From: Azolla caroliniana
Taxonomy: Eukaryota > Plantae > Polypodiophyta
Reading direction: 5' to 3'
Assembly (NCBI GenBank): GCA_043228905.1
Contig: JBHGNT010000007.1
Coordinates: 16,368,001 to 16,432,000 of the forward strand
DNA length: 64,000 nucleotides
Shown in pieces: positions 53,401 through 64,000 of the stretch (position 1 is its first letter; each line of letters starts with the position of its first letter). The translations under genes and the position numbers were made by a program. Under the pieces are notes generated by a model that saw only the letters and a program-made list of their open reading frames with translations, searched no databases and was not told where the DNA came from.

Positions 53401-55377
53401 CTCCGGGCTGACGTAGAGAACCGGCGGAAGGAGGGAGATGATTGCTATATGCTGACTTCCGAAGACTTCACCGGCATAAGAGATGAGCTTGCCGAAGACT
53501 TTCAAGCCTTGGCAGAGGACCAACTAGAGCAAGTCCGGCAACTTGTAGCTCAGCTGGACGACGACAGGCTGGAGGCGCAGATCCAGTTTGAAAGCTACGA
53601 GAGGTCCCGGATCCGGGGAGAGAAAGAACGAGAACCAGTTACGGTCAACCTCAGTGATGAGGAACCGTTACTGGAAGGAGACCGGACCGGAAGCAGTCAA
53701 ACGGAGATGCCGGAGCCAGAGAGACAAACGGAGCAGCCGGAGTCAGCGAAACAAACGGAGCAGCAGCAGCAAGCAGAGCAGCCGGAGCAGCCTCAGTCCC
53801 AACCGCAACCACAGCAGCAGCAGCAAGCACAGCCGCAACAACCACAACCGGAAGAACAAGTGGAAATTCTTGAACAAACTATTTTGGACAATTTGGGTGA
53901 ACAATGAAGGGGCCGAGAAGGGTTCGACGTACAAGGTACTGTCCCACGGGCGTGCCATGTGTTACCGGCCGGCAAGGAGTCCAAAATACGGAGTGAAGGA
54001 ATTAATTAGATATGGTTGTAAATGAGCATAGTGTGGACGGACGGACTGGAAACGGTATGCCGTTCCAGATCCGGACGGATCCCGAATAGGTGCGAGAGGC
54101 ACCGTTTTGTACTACGGGCCGGAAACCTATTTAAAGGCCCGGACCCCATTGTAATGACAGCGGATAATTAGTAGAGCTTATGTCGTTTATGCTTCTGTCT
54201 TGATTTCCGTTCTGTAATCACTGTTATATCTTACGCGTGTAATTAACCAAGCAATCTAATCGTGTAACCTACGTAAGTCGGTGTAATCGTTGAATCTTAA
54301 TCCTATGCCGTAATCACCCTTTGGTGAAGTGTCTCCGTGACACCTTGTGTTAGGCCTTGTCCGGCTAAGCGAATAACAGACTTTCTAATACTCCTCCTGT
54401 ACGTGGACGACATGTTGATCGTCGGACGGGACCAGGTCAAGATACGGATGCTGAAGAAGGCTCTTCACCGAACCTTCTCAATGAAGGACCTGGGTCCGGC
54501 GAGGCAAATACTAGGGATGCACATCATCCGGGACCGGAAGAAGAAGCAGTTGTGGTTGTCACAGGAGAAGTACGTGACAAAGGTGCTTCACCGGTTCAAC
54601 ATGTCGGAAGCAAGACCGGTGGGGTCAACACTCCCGGCAAACTGCAAGCTGTCCAGCAAGCAAAGCCCCAAGACAAAGGCTGAGAAGGAGGACATGATGA
54701 AAGTACCATATGCCTCTGCCGTCGGGAGCTTGATGTACGCGATGGTGTGTACCCGACCGGACATAGGATATGCAGTCGGAGTGGTGAGCCGGTACATGAG
54801 CAATCCCGGCAAAGAGCATTGGAACGCGGTCAAATGGATACTCCGATACCTGAAGGGCACGGCAAACATGTGCCTCCGATTCGGCTCCGATAAGCCCAAA
54901 CTCGATGGATTTACCGATTCGGATATGTCGGCTGATGCAGATACCAGCCGGTCCACATCAGGGTATGTGATGACGTATGCAAGGGGAGCTGTTTCGTGGC
55001 AGTCGAGGCTGCAGAAGACGGTTGCACTGTCAACCACGGAGGCGGAGTACATGGCGGCTGTTGAAGCCGGCAAGGAAATAATATGGATGAAGGACTTCAT
55101 TAGAGAGCTCGGTGTCCGGCAGGAGGAGTACCGACTCTACTGCGACAGTCAGAGTGCCATCCACCTTGCGAAGAATGCGGCCTATCACTCCCGAACGAAG
55201 CACATCCAGCGTAGATACCACTGGATCCGGGAAAGGATAGAAGACAAGGAGTTCGTGCTGACGAAGATCCACACGGACGAGAACGGGTCGGATATGCTGA
55301 CTAAGGTACTTACACCCGACAAGCTGGAAGCATGCCGGAAGAGGATCGGATTGGAGAGACATCCCATGCCGAAGTGA
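41435..55377 (+). CDS. Copia gag-pol (41435-44514 + 54384-55377), open except for the gypsy insertion
   Basis: Removing E and one TSD rejoins FEGGDF|LILLLYVDD and gives 4074 nt, the same length as copia C. Confidence 0.92.
44985..50825 (+). CDS. Intact 1946-aa gag-pol polyprotein
   Basis: Three CCHC knuckles, IIDGGSGVN protease, FLDD RT, RNase H, GHYAG/WGLDFVGP integrase, WTGPY. Confidence 0.97.
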   Translation: MTRPTHDLLTDRARRLAERQRRRETFQQAAQEIRSDRSFSNEIRRVAEESLRLRQTRDQDDGSSLSSLRETERLLEALASGENEAEAFSAYESDSEGGYSVHTNYRSSNDTPGGPEDDGSDTVPTPEPEPLNQGYPEPQTEAVNPPTPEVEEAKPPTPTKEPAKQPEEEPEKAPAKEPEVKPEKEPGRDQQTPLNRGLILDDDMSFQYSKYRDDPDAEAHVDDFEQTWEANHTSQRMTPEEEERSKIAEFGVTLEGPATRWRRSQDPATITTFAELKAKFLHFFHKEVDQTTMVGLFYTIRQEAGESIPQFVIRFQRMHSQLARAPPEEELRTIFLNALREPLRTVCTVIDFRGCTIDQVIDRVREMEKTSSWLTLGTLQRALPTEEDLRFRQAIQCTICLNAGHSAVECTMRTQCVICQSKSHTTDQCEYNLLNRQAPPVRRIEPRSSRDEDDDRWQRMNRYPPAQDVRYGDRQENDGRYGNRRDIYDRYERSDRYREPNRRHEQYDRDHSPGYRRHQEDYGRFYDLPRPDYRNKNKNNKKRNFKKGGHTRDPEHGAPRSQPAQNAPLTTGTTPATSNAESSNTRKEYCYYCRQEGHYSNQCPVKSYEKRPAVNMVVPEVADIQQVTTRSKGMAKEWETQEAIRKQATEWVKEANERNVADAERQKTNTIGSAGGSHPENETWQALQECQITLPLGRLLQLVPRFTEGLKTGITDGIAPPAPVLFSNPEEGPTVVDTSSPAITAMVKGHELPGTIIDGGSGVNVISLRTCDALGIHEWEPCPFWLRMADTSSVRPTGLIRKLEVTIGGHTFHISAVVLQLQAQGAYPLLLGRPWLKTAHIKQNWRKNMITFRRGKAKVRVPTQPRTSKGKECTPLYAECVNMLEGLADDEEAQYLDEHPKIVPLFEIDIAEAVAPYLPQRDDTEAEPDKDAIRELRQAQEALEREMAVSQRVKASQLEEVNLGSKDESKPVHIAKEMKPEDKASMIKLLTEFSDVFAWSYEDMRGLDPQLYQHQIHLGKDAKPVAQRRYRMNPNYAAKVKEEIDKLLRVGFIRPVKKATWLSPIIIVPKKNGKIRVCVDYRKLNAATITDAFPLPFTDGVLDAVAGHEVYSFLDSFSGYNQIRMHPDDQEKTAFVTEWGVFVAEVMMFGLKTAPATFQRIIMEIFGEYIPAFMQVFLDDFAVYSRGKDHLQHLRLCLEKCRSYRLSLNPAKCIFGVSSGILLGHIVSKEGIAVDPDKVNAILGAPAPKTAKALSRFLGQIRWHSRMLRHLADLATPLHTAVHRTPFQWTDTEDKAYNALKVLLSQAPVVQPPDWSKEFHVFVDASDIAIGSALMQLTEPKWYRPVYYASRKLSQAEKNYSTTEREALGMIYSVTKFRHYLLGRKFSFHVDHSALLYLVSKASLTGKLARWTLLLQEFEFEIFHRPGIQHAVADYLSRLESGEPGDGVADEFPDAELFRITPETAADDTVASEDKWLTNMHQFLSTGLPPEEMNRDERKRLAVQSRNFCLLRDTLYHKGADGIWRRAVRSDEKEVILREAHCGVAGGHYAGEATARKVWQSGLWWPTTLKDAVKYAKECDLCQRMGQPTEQARMPHQPVLPLEPFQKWGLDFVGPFKPPAMRTGNRYVIVATDYCTKWVEAKALRDNTASSTAKFLYENIWCRYGCPIELISDQGGHFLGQVVESLTTFYAVVHKRSTPYYPQANGLAESTNKTLQNILRKIVNENRTDWDTKLHSALWAYRTAYKTSIRTTPFRLAFGLEAVMPVEFQVPSLRIQLRERLNEKKSEEMRLAALCELEEQRLASILHMELEQRRRKAFVDRHRKGNEKMFEIGKPVLVFQTRMGKMPGKLRFRWTGPYWLTREYNGSYQIGTLAGEVLGKWVNGFRLKPYKGPMPKNPFMQLTGTTPGSVRIDPEEKDDGEPVAETKEDTATRKENGKGPKGLTDV
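51037..53907 (+). CDS. Extra 3' ORF (~900-950 codons; globular N-terminus, long coiled coil, Q/P tail) with one in-frame TAG at 51913-51915
   Basis: ORFs 51037..51915 and 51931..53907 share a frame; no obvious transmembrane segment; start could be ATG 51208. Confidence 0.8.
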
Positions 55378-56190
55378 AGGGGGAGTTTGTTGGGATTTAC
55401 GGTCCCTCCGGATGGGATGTCCGGAGATGAATGACGGTAAGCCCGGTTGCGGTTACGGAACCGGATGATGAATAGTACCCGGCATGAAGCCGGATGAAGA
55501 GACCCGGCTACGGAGCCGGATGAAGAGACCCGGCTACGGAGCCGGATGACGAAGACCCGGCTACGGAGCCGGATGAAGAGACCCGGCTACGGAGCCGGAT
55601 GCTGAAGACCCCGGTCACGGAGCCAGATGACGAAGATCCGGCTACGGAGCCGGATGCTGAAGACCCCGGTTACGGAGCCGGATGACGAATGTACCCGGAG
55701 AGAGATCCGGATGCGGGGACATATTTGTGAATATGTTTGCCAAGAGCCCTCGAGGCTATATTTGTAAATAGCCTGAAAGTCATATGTGTATAAATATGAC
55801 TTAGGGCAAACTGTTTGTTAGTGCTGTTGAAAGTTGTTGCTCATTTTCTGTTTTCCCATTTTCTGGAGGGAGCGAAGTGAGAGCAGCCGAGAGAGAGAGC
55901 GGAGAGAGAGAGGGAGAGGTCGACGCCTCTGTGTAATACCGCCGCCTGTGGCGAGGACAGCGAGCTTAAGGTCGTCGCCTTGCAGCTCGCCATTGCATAT
56001 TTCTCTGTGCATAGTTTTGGTTTGGAGTCTTGCACTCCCGTGGTTTTTTTCCCGTATAGGGTTTTCCACGTTAATCCCTGTGTTATCGTATTTTTCTCTG
56101 TGTTTCCTATTTTCTGCTGCATTGATTCGTGATTTCTCGGTTGTGGCCGAACGGTGAAGACGAATCGGAGCGTTGTTTTTCAACAATGAC

Positions 56191-58088
56191 ATCCATCCGG
56201 ATGGTATTGGGCATAGCGGCAAGCATGGACCTCGAGGTAGAGCAACTAGACGTCAAGACGACAATCCTACATGGTGACCTCGAAGAAGATATCTACATGC
56301 ATCAACCGGAAGGATTTAAGAAGAACGGGAAGGAGCACCTCATGTGCAAGCTGAAGAAGAGCTTATACGGATTGAAGCAAACCCCCCGGCAATGGTACCG
56401 GAAGTTGAACTCCTTCATGACCGATCAAGGGTACCACAAGGCGCAAGCCGATCACTGCGTGTTTGTGAAGAAATTTGATGGAGGAGATTCCCTGATATTG
56501 CTCCTATACGTGGACGACATGTTGATTGTCGAACGAGACCAAGTCAAGATATGAATGCTGAAGAAGGCCCTAAACAAAACCTTCTCAATGAAAGACTTGG
56601 GTCCAGCAAGAAAAATCTTTGGGATGCACATCATCCGGGACCGGAAGACGAAGCTATTGTGGTTGTCACAAGAAAAGTACGTGACAAAGGTGCTTCAGCG
56701 GTTCAACATGTCAAAGGAGAAACCGGTCAAATCGACACTTCCGGCAAATTGCAAGTTGTCCGGAAAGCAAAGCCAGAAGAAAAAAGTAGAGAAGTTGGAT
56801 ATGACGAAGACACCATATGCCTCTACCTTCGGAAGCTTAATGTACGCAATGGTGTGCACACGGCCGGATATTGCATATATTGTCGGAGTAGTCAACCGGT
56901 TCATGAGCAATCCGAGAAGAGAGCACTAGAATGTGATCAAGTGGATACTTCGGTATCTGAAAGGCACCTCAAGTATGTGCCTTCAGTTTGGCTCCGATAA
57001 ACCCCAACTTGGCGGATTCACGAATTCGGATATGTCGGCTGATGCGGATATCAGCCGGTCTACATCTGGATATGTCATGAATTATGTAGGGGGAGCCGTA
57101 TCATGGCAGTCAAGGTTGCAGAAGTCCGTTGCACTGTCGACAACGGAAGCGGAGCACATGGTAGTTGTGGAAGCTGGCAAGGAAGTAATATGGATAAAGG
57201 ACTTCATCAGAGAGCTAGGGGTCTGACAGGAGGAATATCGGCTCTTCTGCGACAGTCAAAATGCGATCCACCTTGCAAAGAACGCCACATAACATTCTCG
57301 GATGAAGCACAACCAACGGAGGTATCACTGTATCCGGGAGAGAGTAGAAGATCAAGACATTGCGTTGATGAAGATCCACACGAAGGAGAACGGATCAGAT
57401 ATGTTGACCAAGGTGCTTCCAACCGACAAGCTGGACGTGTGCCGGAAACGAATCAGATTAACGAGAAATCCCATGCTTGAGTGAAGGGGGAGTTTTGTTG
57501 GGAATTCGGTCCATCCGGATGGGATCCAGATAAGAACCGGACGAGCTGGATGAAGAACCCGGATTAGGAAGGGTTCCGGAAAAGATCCGGAAACCGGAAC
57601 CGGTGATTCTGGATGGATCCGGTGCGAACCGGATCCAAGAACATATGTGTAAATATGTTTCATTGTGAGCCCATCGAGGCTATATTTGTAAATAGCTCTA
57701 AAGTTATATAAGTATAAATATGACTTAGGGCAATCACTTTAGGTGACGAGAGTTGTTGATAGTGCGTGTACATAGAGAGAGAGAGAGAGACACACACACA
57801 CACACACAACGATACTTTGTTGTAACCGCAACTTGGCGAAGATACAGAGCTCGAGGTCGTTGCCTCCAAGTCTCTAATTGTACCTTTCCCATATAGTGAT
57901 AGTTTGGAGTCTGTGGGCTCCCATAGTTTTTCCCATTTAGGGTTTTCCACGTTAACATCTTGTGTTCTCTATCGTTGTTTGTGTGTGTACGTGCGTACAC
58001 TCCCCACTTCCCATTTCTGTGTTTGATTCTCATTGAAGTGATTCAAGACTCGGTTGTGGCTGAGCCATATTCCACACCATTTCTTTCA
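56191..58088 (+). pseudogene. Copia B fragment 3 (RT-RNase H), PPT and 3' LTR (57496-58088)
   Basis: YVDD and ALSTTEAE with stops; PPT GAAGGGGGAG 57483-57492; LTR TGTTGGG...TTTCA. Confidence 0.9.
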
Positions 58089-58974
58089 ATTACTTGTTTG
58101 GGCTTTATCTAGTATAAGCAACTTGTCAATCACATGTTCCAGCGATTGATCCTTAAAATCAAACACAACTAGTTGACAGAAACTCAAGGCTCCTTATACG
58201 CAACGCTTGGCCACAACCGAGCTTAGAATCATACACAGAAAACGGGAAATAAAGCACGACACGAAGAAGAGAAGAGTACGCAGGATGTTTACGTGGAAAA
58301 CCCAAACTAAGGGAAAAACCACGGCAGTCCACAGGCTGCAAACTATCGCTGTGTTAGAATGTACAACAGTGAGTTCACGGAGGCAACGACCTCGTGGTCA
58401 CGATCCTCGCCACAGGCGGCGGTTACAATAGAGGCAACTACCTCTTTCTTTCTCTCTCTCTCTCTCTGTACACAGTTACGCGCTCTCTCTCTCCTTGCAC
58501 CAACAAGAAATGACAACAACCACTAAAAGTTTTCCCTAAGTCATATTTATACTAATATGACTTTTCGGCTATTTACAAATATAGCCATGATGGACTCTCA
58601 GAAACATATTTACGAATATGTCTCTTCATCCGGTGAGCACTCCTCACCGAGTTTGCACCATCCGGCTCTCCGTAGCCGGGTACTCCTCATCCGGTTCTCG
58701 TCGGGTCTGCACCATCCGGCTCTCCGTAGCCGGGTACTCCTCATCCGGTTTCCACCGGGTCTGCACCATCTGGATTTCCATAGCCGGGTACTCCTCATTC
58801 GGTTGTCACCGGGTCTGCACCATCCGGCTCTCCATAGCCGGGTACTCCTCATCCGGTTCTCACCGGGTCTGCACCATCCGGTTCTCTATAGCCGGGTACT
58901 CCTCATCCGGTTCTCACCGGGTCTGTTCTTCTCTCTTCCATCCGGAGGGACCTGTCTCCCAACAAACTCCCCCT

Positions 58975-61900
58975 TCACTCCAGCATGGGGTGTCTTACTA
59001 GTCCGATCTGCTTCCTGCATGCATCCAACTTGTCGGGTATCAACCCTTTGGTCAGCATATCTGACCCGTTCTCGGCCGTGTGGATCTTTGTTAGTGCGAA
59101 CTCCTGGTCATCTACTCTTTCCCGGATCCAGTGATACCTTCGCTGGATATGCTTCGTCTGGGAATGGTAGGCCGCGTTCTTAGCAAGGTGGATGGCACTT
59201 TGACTATCGCAATAGAGTCGGTATTCATCTTGTCGGATACCGAGCTCTCCGATGAAGTCCTTCATCCATAATATTTCCTTGTCGGCTTCCACAGCCGCCA
59301 TCATGTACTCCGCTTTCGTGGTTGACAACGCAACCGTCTTCTGCAGCCTCAACTGCCACGAAACTGCTCCCCCTGCATGTCATTACATACCCGGATGTAG
59401 ACCGGATGGTATCCACATCAGCCGACATGTCCGAATCGGTGAAACCATCAAGTTGAGGTTTTCCGGAGCCGAATTGGAGACACATATTTGAAGTGCCCTT
59501 CAAATACCGGAGTATCCATTTGACCGCGTTCCAGTGCTCCTTGCCGGGATAGCTCATAAACCGGCTCACCACTCTGACTGCGTATCCTATATCCGGTCGG
59601 GTACACACCACTCTGACTGCGTATCCTATATCCCGACGGCAGAGGCATATGGAATCTTCATCATATCCGCCTTCTCTGCTTTCGTCTTCGGGCTTCGCTT
59701 ACCGGATAACCTGCAGTTTGCCGGAAGTGTCGATCCGACTGGTTTCACATCTGACATGTTGAACCGGTGAAGCACCTTTGTCCCGTATTTCTCCTGTGAC
59801 AGCCATAATTGCTTCAGTGACTGGTTCCGGATAATATGCATCCCCAGCATCTGTCTTGCCGGATCCAAGTCTTTCATTGAGAAGGTCCGGTTGAGAGCCT
59901 TCTTCAGCATCCGTATTTTAACTTGGTCCCGTCCGACAATCAACATTTCATCCATGTACAGAAGGAGTATCAGGAAGTCGCCTCCTTCGAACTTCTTCAC
60001 AAACACGCAGTGATCGACCTGCGTCTTGTGGTACCCTTGATCGGCCATGAAGGAATGGAACTTCCGGTACCATTGTCAAGGAGCCTGCTTTAGTCCGTAC
60101 AAGCTCTTCTTCAGCCGTCATACCAGGTGCTCCTTCCCTTTCTCCACAAATCCCTCCGGTTGCTGCATGTAGATCTCCTCTTCGAGGTCGCCGTGAAGGA
60201 ATGTCGTCTTCACGTCCAGCTGTTCTACCTCGAGGTCCATGCTTGCTGCTATACTCAACACCGTCCGGATGGAGGTCATCTTTACTACTGGGGCAAATAT
60301 CTCGTCGAAGTCCACACCCTTCTTCTGCTGGAACCCCTTCACCACGATCCTGGCTTTGTATCTTGGGGGGTTGTCGCCATCTCCCGGTTTCAACTTGTAC
60401 ACCCACTTGTTTCGGAGTGCCCGCTTTCCTTTCGGCAACTCCACCAATTCGTACGTATGGTTCTCATGCAGGGAATCCATCTCATCCTGCATGGCACTTA
60501 ACCATTTGCGGTTGTGGGCGTCATCCTTCGCTTCTTCGAAGCTTTCCGGCTCCCCCTCATCGGTCATCAGAACATGCTCTACATCCGGAAATCTCCGGGG
60601 GGCCCTCCTATCTCTGAGAGGATATCTCCGTCTTCGGGCTTCGGTAACCGGCTCCTCCATTTGCTCTTCATCCGAATCCGATTCGGGGTCTTGGCTGGTT
60701 TCGGTTTCAGCTTCCTCTACTTCTTCTTCAGCCTGTTCGGTATCCTCACCGTAACCGGCTGGTCCTTCAAGTGCTAACCGGTCTCTTGCCGGTTGGGTCT
60801 GCTCGTCGTAGAGTCGATCCTTACCAGTCGACTCGGAGTTCATTATCTTCTTCTCCGACTCCCAGTTGGCGAGCATCTTGTCCTCCATGAAGATAATATC
60901 TCGACTCCAGAATACCTTCTTGTCGACCAGGTCCCACACTCGGTAGCCGAACTCATCGTCGTCGTAACCGAGGAATATGCATGGCAGGGTCTTTGGATCT
61001 AACTTTCCTCTCCGGTCCTTAGCTACATGCATGTACGCGAGACACCCGAACACCTTCAGATGCCGGTAGGATACTTCCTTACCGGTCCATACTCTCTGTG
61101 GCGTGTCTCCGTCCAAGGGTACTGAGGGTGATCTATTTATCACATATGTCGCCGTCGACAATGCCTCAGCCCAAAACTTCTTGGGTAGTTTTGCATGCGC
61201 TAGCATACTCCGGACCCTCTCCATTATGGTCTGGTTCATCCTCTCGGCCAGTCCGTTTAGTTTCGGCGTCTTCGGCACGGTAAATTCGAGCCGGATTCCC
61301 TTCGAGCGGCAATACTCCTCGAATTGCCCCTGGTATTCTCCTTCGTTATCTGCTCGAACCGCCTTCAGCTTCCGGCTGGTTTCTCTTTCCACTCTCGCGT
61401 GGAGCTCTTTGAAGACGGATAGCACCTGATCCTTCGTCTTCAATGGTGTGGCCCACAGCTTCCGGTTGTGGTCATCTATGAACGTCACGAAGTACTGCGC
61501 TCCGGCATGTGACTTCGTGTCTACTTGACACACATCCGTATGCACCAACTCCAGTGGTGCATTACGTCTCATCGGTGGCCTTGGTCGGAAGGAGGTCCGG
61601 TTTTGCTTACCGGCCAGACAATCAGTGCACTTCTCCAAGTGCACGTTCTTCACTGGAATGAGGTTATCGTCTGCAAGCCTCTTCATCCCCTTCTTGCTCA
61701 TGTGACACAGCCTCTTGTGCCACAGCTCACTGGTAGTGTCAGATGCCACGTTCACTTCCTCTGGATATAACCAGGCATTCATCAGGTACAATGTGTTTAC
61801 CTTCCGGGCCCGAGCCACAATCAGGTTCCCTTTGCTGAACTTCATTACACCGTTCCGGATGCTACCCGTGTAGCCTTCATCATCTAGCCGACCGGCTAAT

Positions 61901-62397
61901 ATCAGGTTCAGAAGAACCTCCGGAACGTGTCGGACATCCTTCAGCAGCAACTTGCATCCGGTTGGTGTTGTCAGCCACACGTCTCCTATGCCGACAATTC
62001 GGCATGTTCCTTCATTCCCCATCCGGACACAGCCGTAATCACTGGCAGAGTAGGATGACAAGCATTTCCGGTCCGGGGTAAGGTGGAACGACGCTCCGGA
62101 GTTGACCACCCAAGTCATCTCGTCACCGGCAAGGTTTATCTCACTCTCCTCGGTGATGAGCATCAACTCTTCTTCACTTGCCGTGATTGCCGTCGTCCCC
62201 TTCCGGTCCGGCCCCCTCCGGTCTTTACCGTTCTGGTCCGGTATGCGCTTCGAATCGGTATCGTCGGTTTCCTTGTCTTTTCAGAAATGCCGACAGTTCT
62301 TTTGGAAATGTCTCGGCTTGCCACAATAGAAGCAAGCAGGCCTTCCCCTTCACTTTGACTGTGTCCCCGACTTCTCCCGGTTCTGGGGACTACGGTT
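58975..62397 (-). pseudogene. Copia F pol (knuckle, protease, integrase, RT, RNase H), degenerate
   Basis: ORFs 60118..62166, 59626..60048, 59225..59611, 58975..59352. Confidence 0.93.
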
Positions 62398-62399
62398 TC

Positions 62400-62929
62400 T
62401 ATGTGTAAATATGTTTCATTGTGAGCCCATCGAGGCTATATTTGTAAATAGCTCTAAAGTTATATAAGTATAAATATGACTTAGGGCAATCACTTTAGGT
62501 GACGAGAGTTGTTGATAGTGCGTGTATATAGAGAGAGAGAGAGACATACACACACACACACACAACGATACTCTGTTGTAACTACAACTTGGCGAAGATA
62601 CAGAGCTCGAGGTCGTCGCCTCCAAGTCTCTAATTGTACCTTTCCCATATAGTGATAGTTTGGAGTCTGTGGGCTCCCATAGTTTTTCCCATTTAGGGTT
62701 TTCCACGTTAACATCTTGTGTTCTCTATCGTTGTTTGTGTGTGTACGTGCGTACACTCCCCACTTCCCATTTCTGTGTTTGATTCTCATTGAAGTGATTC
62801 AAGACTCGGTTGTGGCTGAGCCATATTCCACACTATTTCTTTCAATTACTTGTTTGGGTTTTATCTAGTATAAGCAACTTGTCAATCACATGTTCCAGCG
62901 ATTGATCCTTAAAATCAAACACAACTAGT
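62400..62929 (+). repeat. Direct duplicate of 57644-58173 (copia B LTR end plus flank)
   Basis: Near-identical at offset 4756; duplicate ORFs 57660..57950 / 62416..62706. Confidence 0.95.
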
Positions 62930-63453
62930 TGACAGAAACTCAAGGCTCCTTATACGCAACGCTCGGCCACAACCGAGCTTAGAATCATACACAGAAAACG
63001 GGAAATAAAGCACGACACGAAGAAGAGAAGAGTACGCAGGATGTTTACGTGGAAAACCCAAACTATGGGAAAAACCACAGCAGCCCACAGGCTGCAAACT
63101 ATTGTTGTGTTAGAATGTACAACAGTGAGTTCACGGAGGCAACGACCTCGTGCTCACGATCCTCGCCACAGGTGGCGGTTACAATAGAGGCAACGACCTC
63201 TTTCTCTCTCTCTCTCTCTGTGTACACAGTTACGCGCTCTCTCTCCCCTTGCACCAACAAGAAATGACAACAACCACTAAAAGTTTGCCCTAAGTCATAT
63301 TTATACTAATATGACTTTTCGACTATTTACAAATATAGCCATGATGGACTCTCAGAAACATATTTACGAATATGTCTCTTCATCCAGTGAGCACTCCTCA
63401 CCGGGTCTGTTCTTCTCTCTTCCATCCGAAGGGACCTGTCTCCCAACACTAGT

Positions 63454-64000
63454 GTCATCCAAAGAGGCTCTAAGTGCCAATAAGAAAGTATCTTTTACAT
63501 CTTCCTCTATAAGAAGTTGTGCTAATTTTCACCGAAGGTTTTGAAACCGAATAATAAATTGTGGAACGGTCTCATGAAATTCTTGGCAAGCGGCATAGAA
63601 TTGGCTCATGAGTTCTCTTTTTGGAACTTGTTGATGAAATGGCTTGATAAACTTACTAGTTAATTATTTAAATGTTTCAAACTCACTTTCCTCATGATGT
63701 GAGTACCAATTTGTTGATTGTCTGTCTAGTGGCAATCTGAATTTCGCAATCTTGAATTTGTCAGCATCCGCTTCCGACAATCTTTGGGATACATGGTTAG
63801 CTTGCCATATCGTAAGGAAAGCATGTATGTGCACTTCCACGTCGGCTTCATGAATGTACTTACAATAGGGATACAACATTGTATCCTCTTCAAAAACTTC
63901 TCCTAACATTGTGAAGTATCTGTAATGGTCAGACGGATCCTAGTCCAAACTATTTTCGGTGTATAATTCGGGAATCTCTTTTAATTTCTCTTCAGCTTCC
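63454..64000 (-). pseudogene. Old gypsy gag remnant related to gypsy E (continues at 58173-58089)
   Basis: YCKYIHEADVEVHIHAFLTIWQANHVSQRL..KIAKF aligns with YSKYRDDPDAEAHVDDFEQTWEANHTSQRM..KIAEF. The minus strand of 58173-58089 reads VVFDFKDQSLEHVIDK, similar to TVIDFRGCTIDQVIDR. Confidence 0.8.

Larger units (their letters stand above)
44515..54378 (+). mobile_element. Young non-chromovirus gypsy E (Athila/Phygy-like) with extra 3' ORF
   Basis: 419-bp LTRs 44515-44933 and 53960-54378 (2 differences seen by eye), TSD GACTT, PBS TGGCGACCACG 44940-44950 (probably tRNA-Arg). Confidence 0.96.
40727..56185 (+). mobile_element. Full-length Ty1/copia element D, interrupted by gypsy E
   Basis: LTRs 40727-41403 and 55388-56185, TSD ATGAC, PBS TGGTATCAGAGC 41407-41418, PPT 55376-55385. 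Confidence 0.97.
58174..63448 (-). mobile_element. Ty1/copia element F, rearranged at its 5' end
   Basis: LTRs 58174-58964 and 62930-63448, outer TSD CTAGT, PPT at 58967-58976. PBS and most of gag replaced by duplicated flank DNA. Confidence 0.9.

Overview
This is eukaryotic DNA, probably from a land plant (a seed-free lineage is suggested by element types, but this is inference). The window contains no ordinary host gene and is one deeply nested transposon cluster. Removing elements by their target-site duplications (TSDs) resolves: five Tnt1/Tork-like Ty1/copia internal regions plus a copia solo LTR; a chromovirus; a tRNA-Trp-primed Ty3/gypsy with a -1 frameshift signal; a near-intact Athila/Phygy-like gypsy with a large extra 3' ORF; a large TG..CA solo LTR; and an old gypsy remnant that may be the outermost host. 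The most unusual object is a 17-kb TIR DNA transposon at 6670-23653 (about 10.8 kb without later insertions), with 25-bp TIRs starting GGG and a 4-bp TSD ATGC. It encodes a Sola2-like DDE/D transposase. It also carries a convergent multi-exon second gene, which reassembles into coiled coil + RING-H2 finger + tandem SIM-like repeats + a degenerate FCP1/SCP-like (NIF/HAD) domain. One long intron in each gene is filled with the palindrome TAGCTAATTAGCTA, and an 83-bp tandem array lies upstream of the transposase. All alignments, counts and family assignments were made by eye from motifs; no database search was run.
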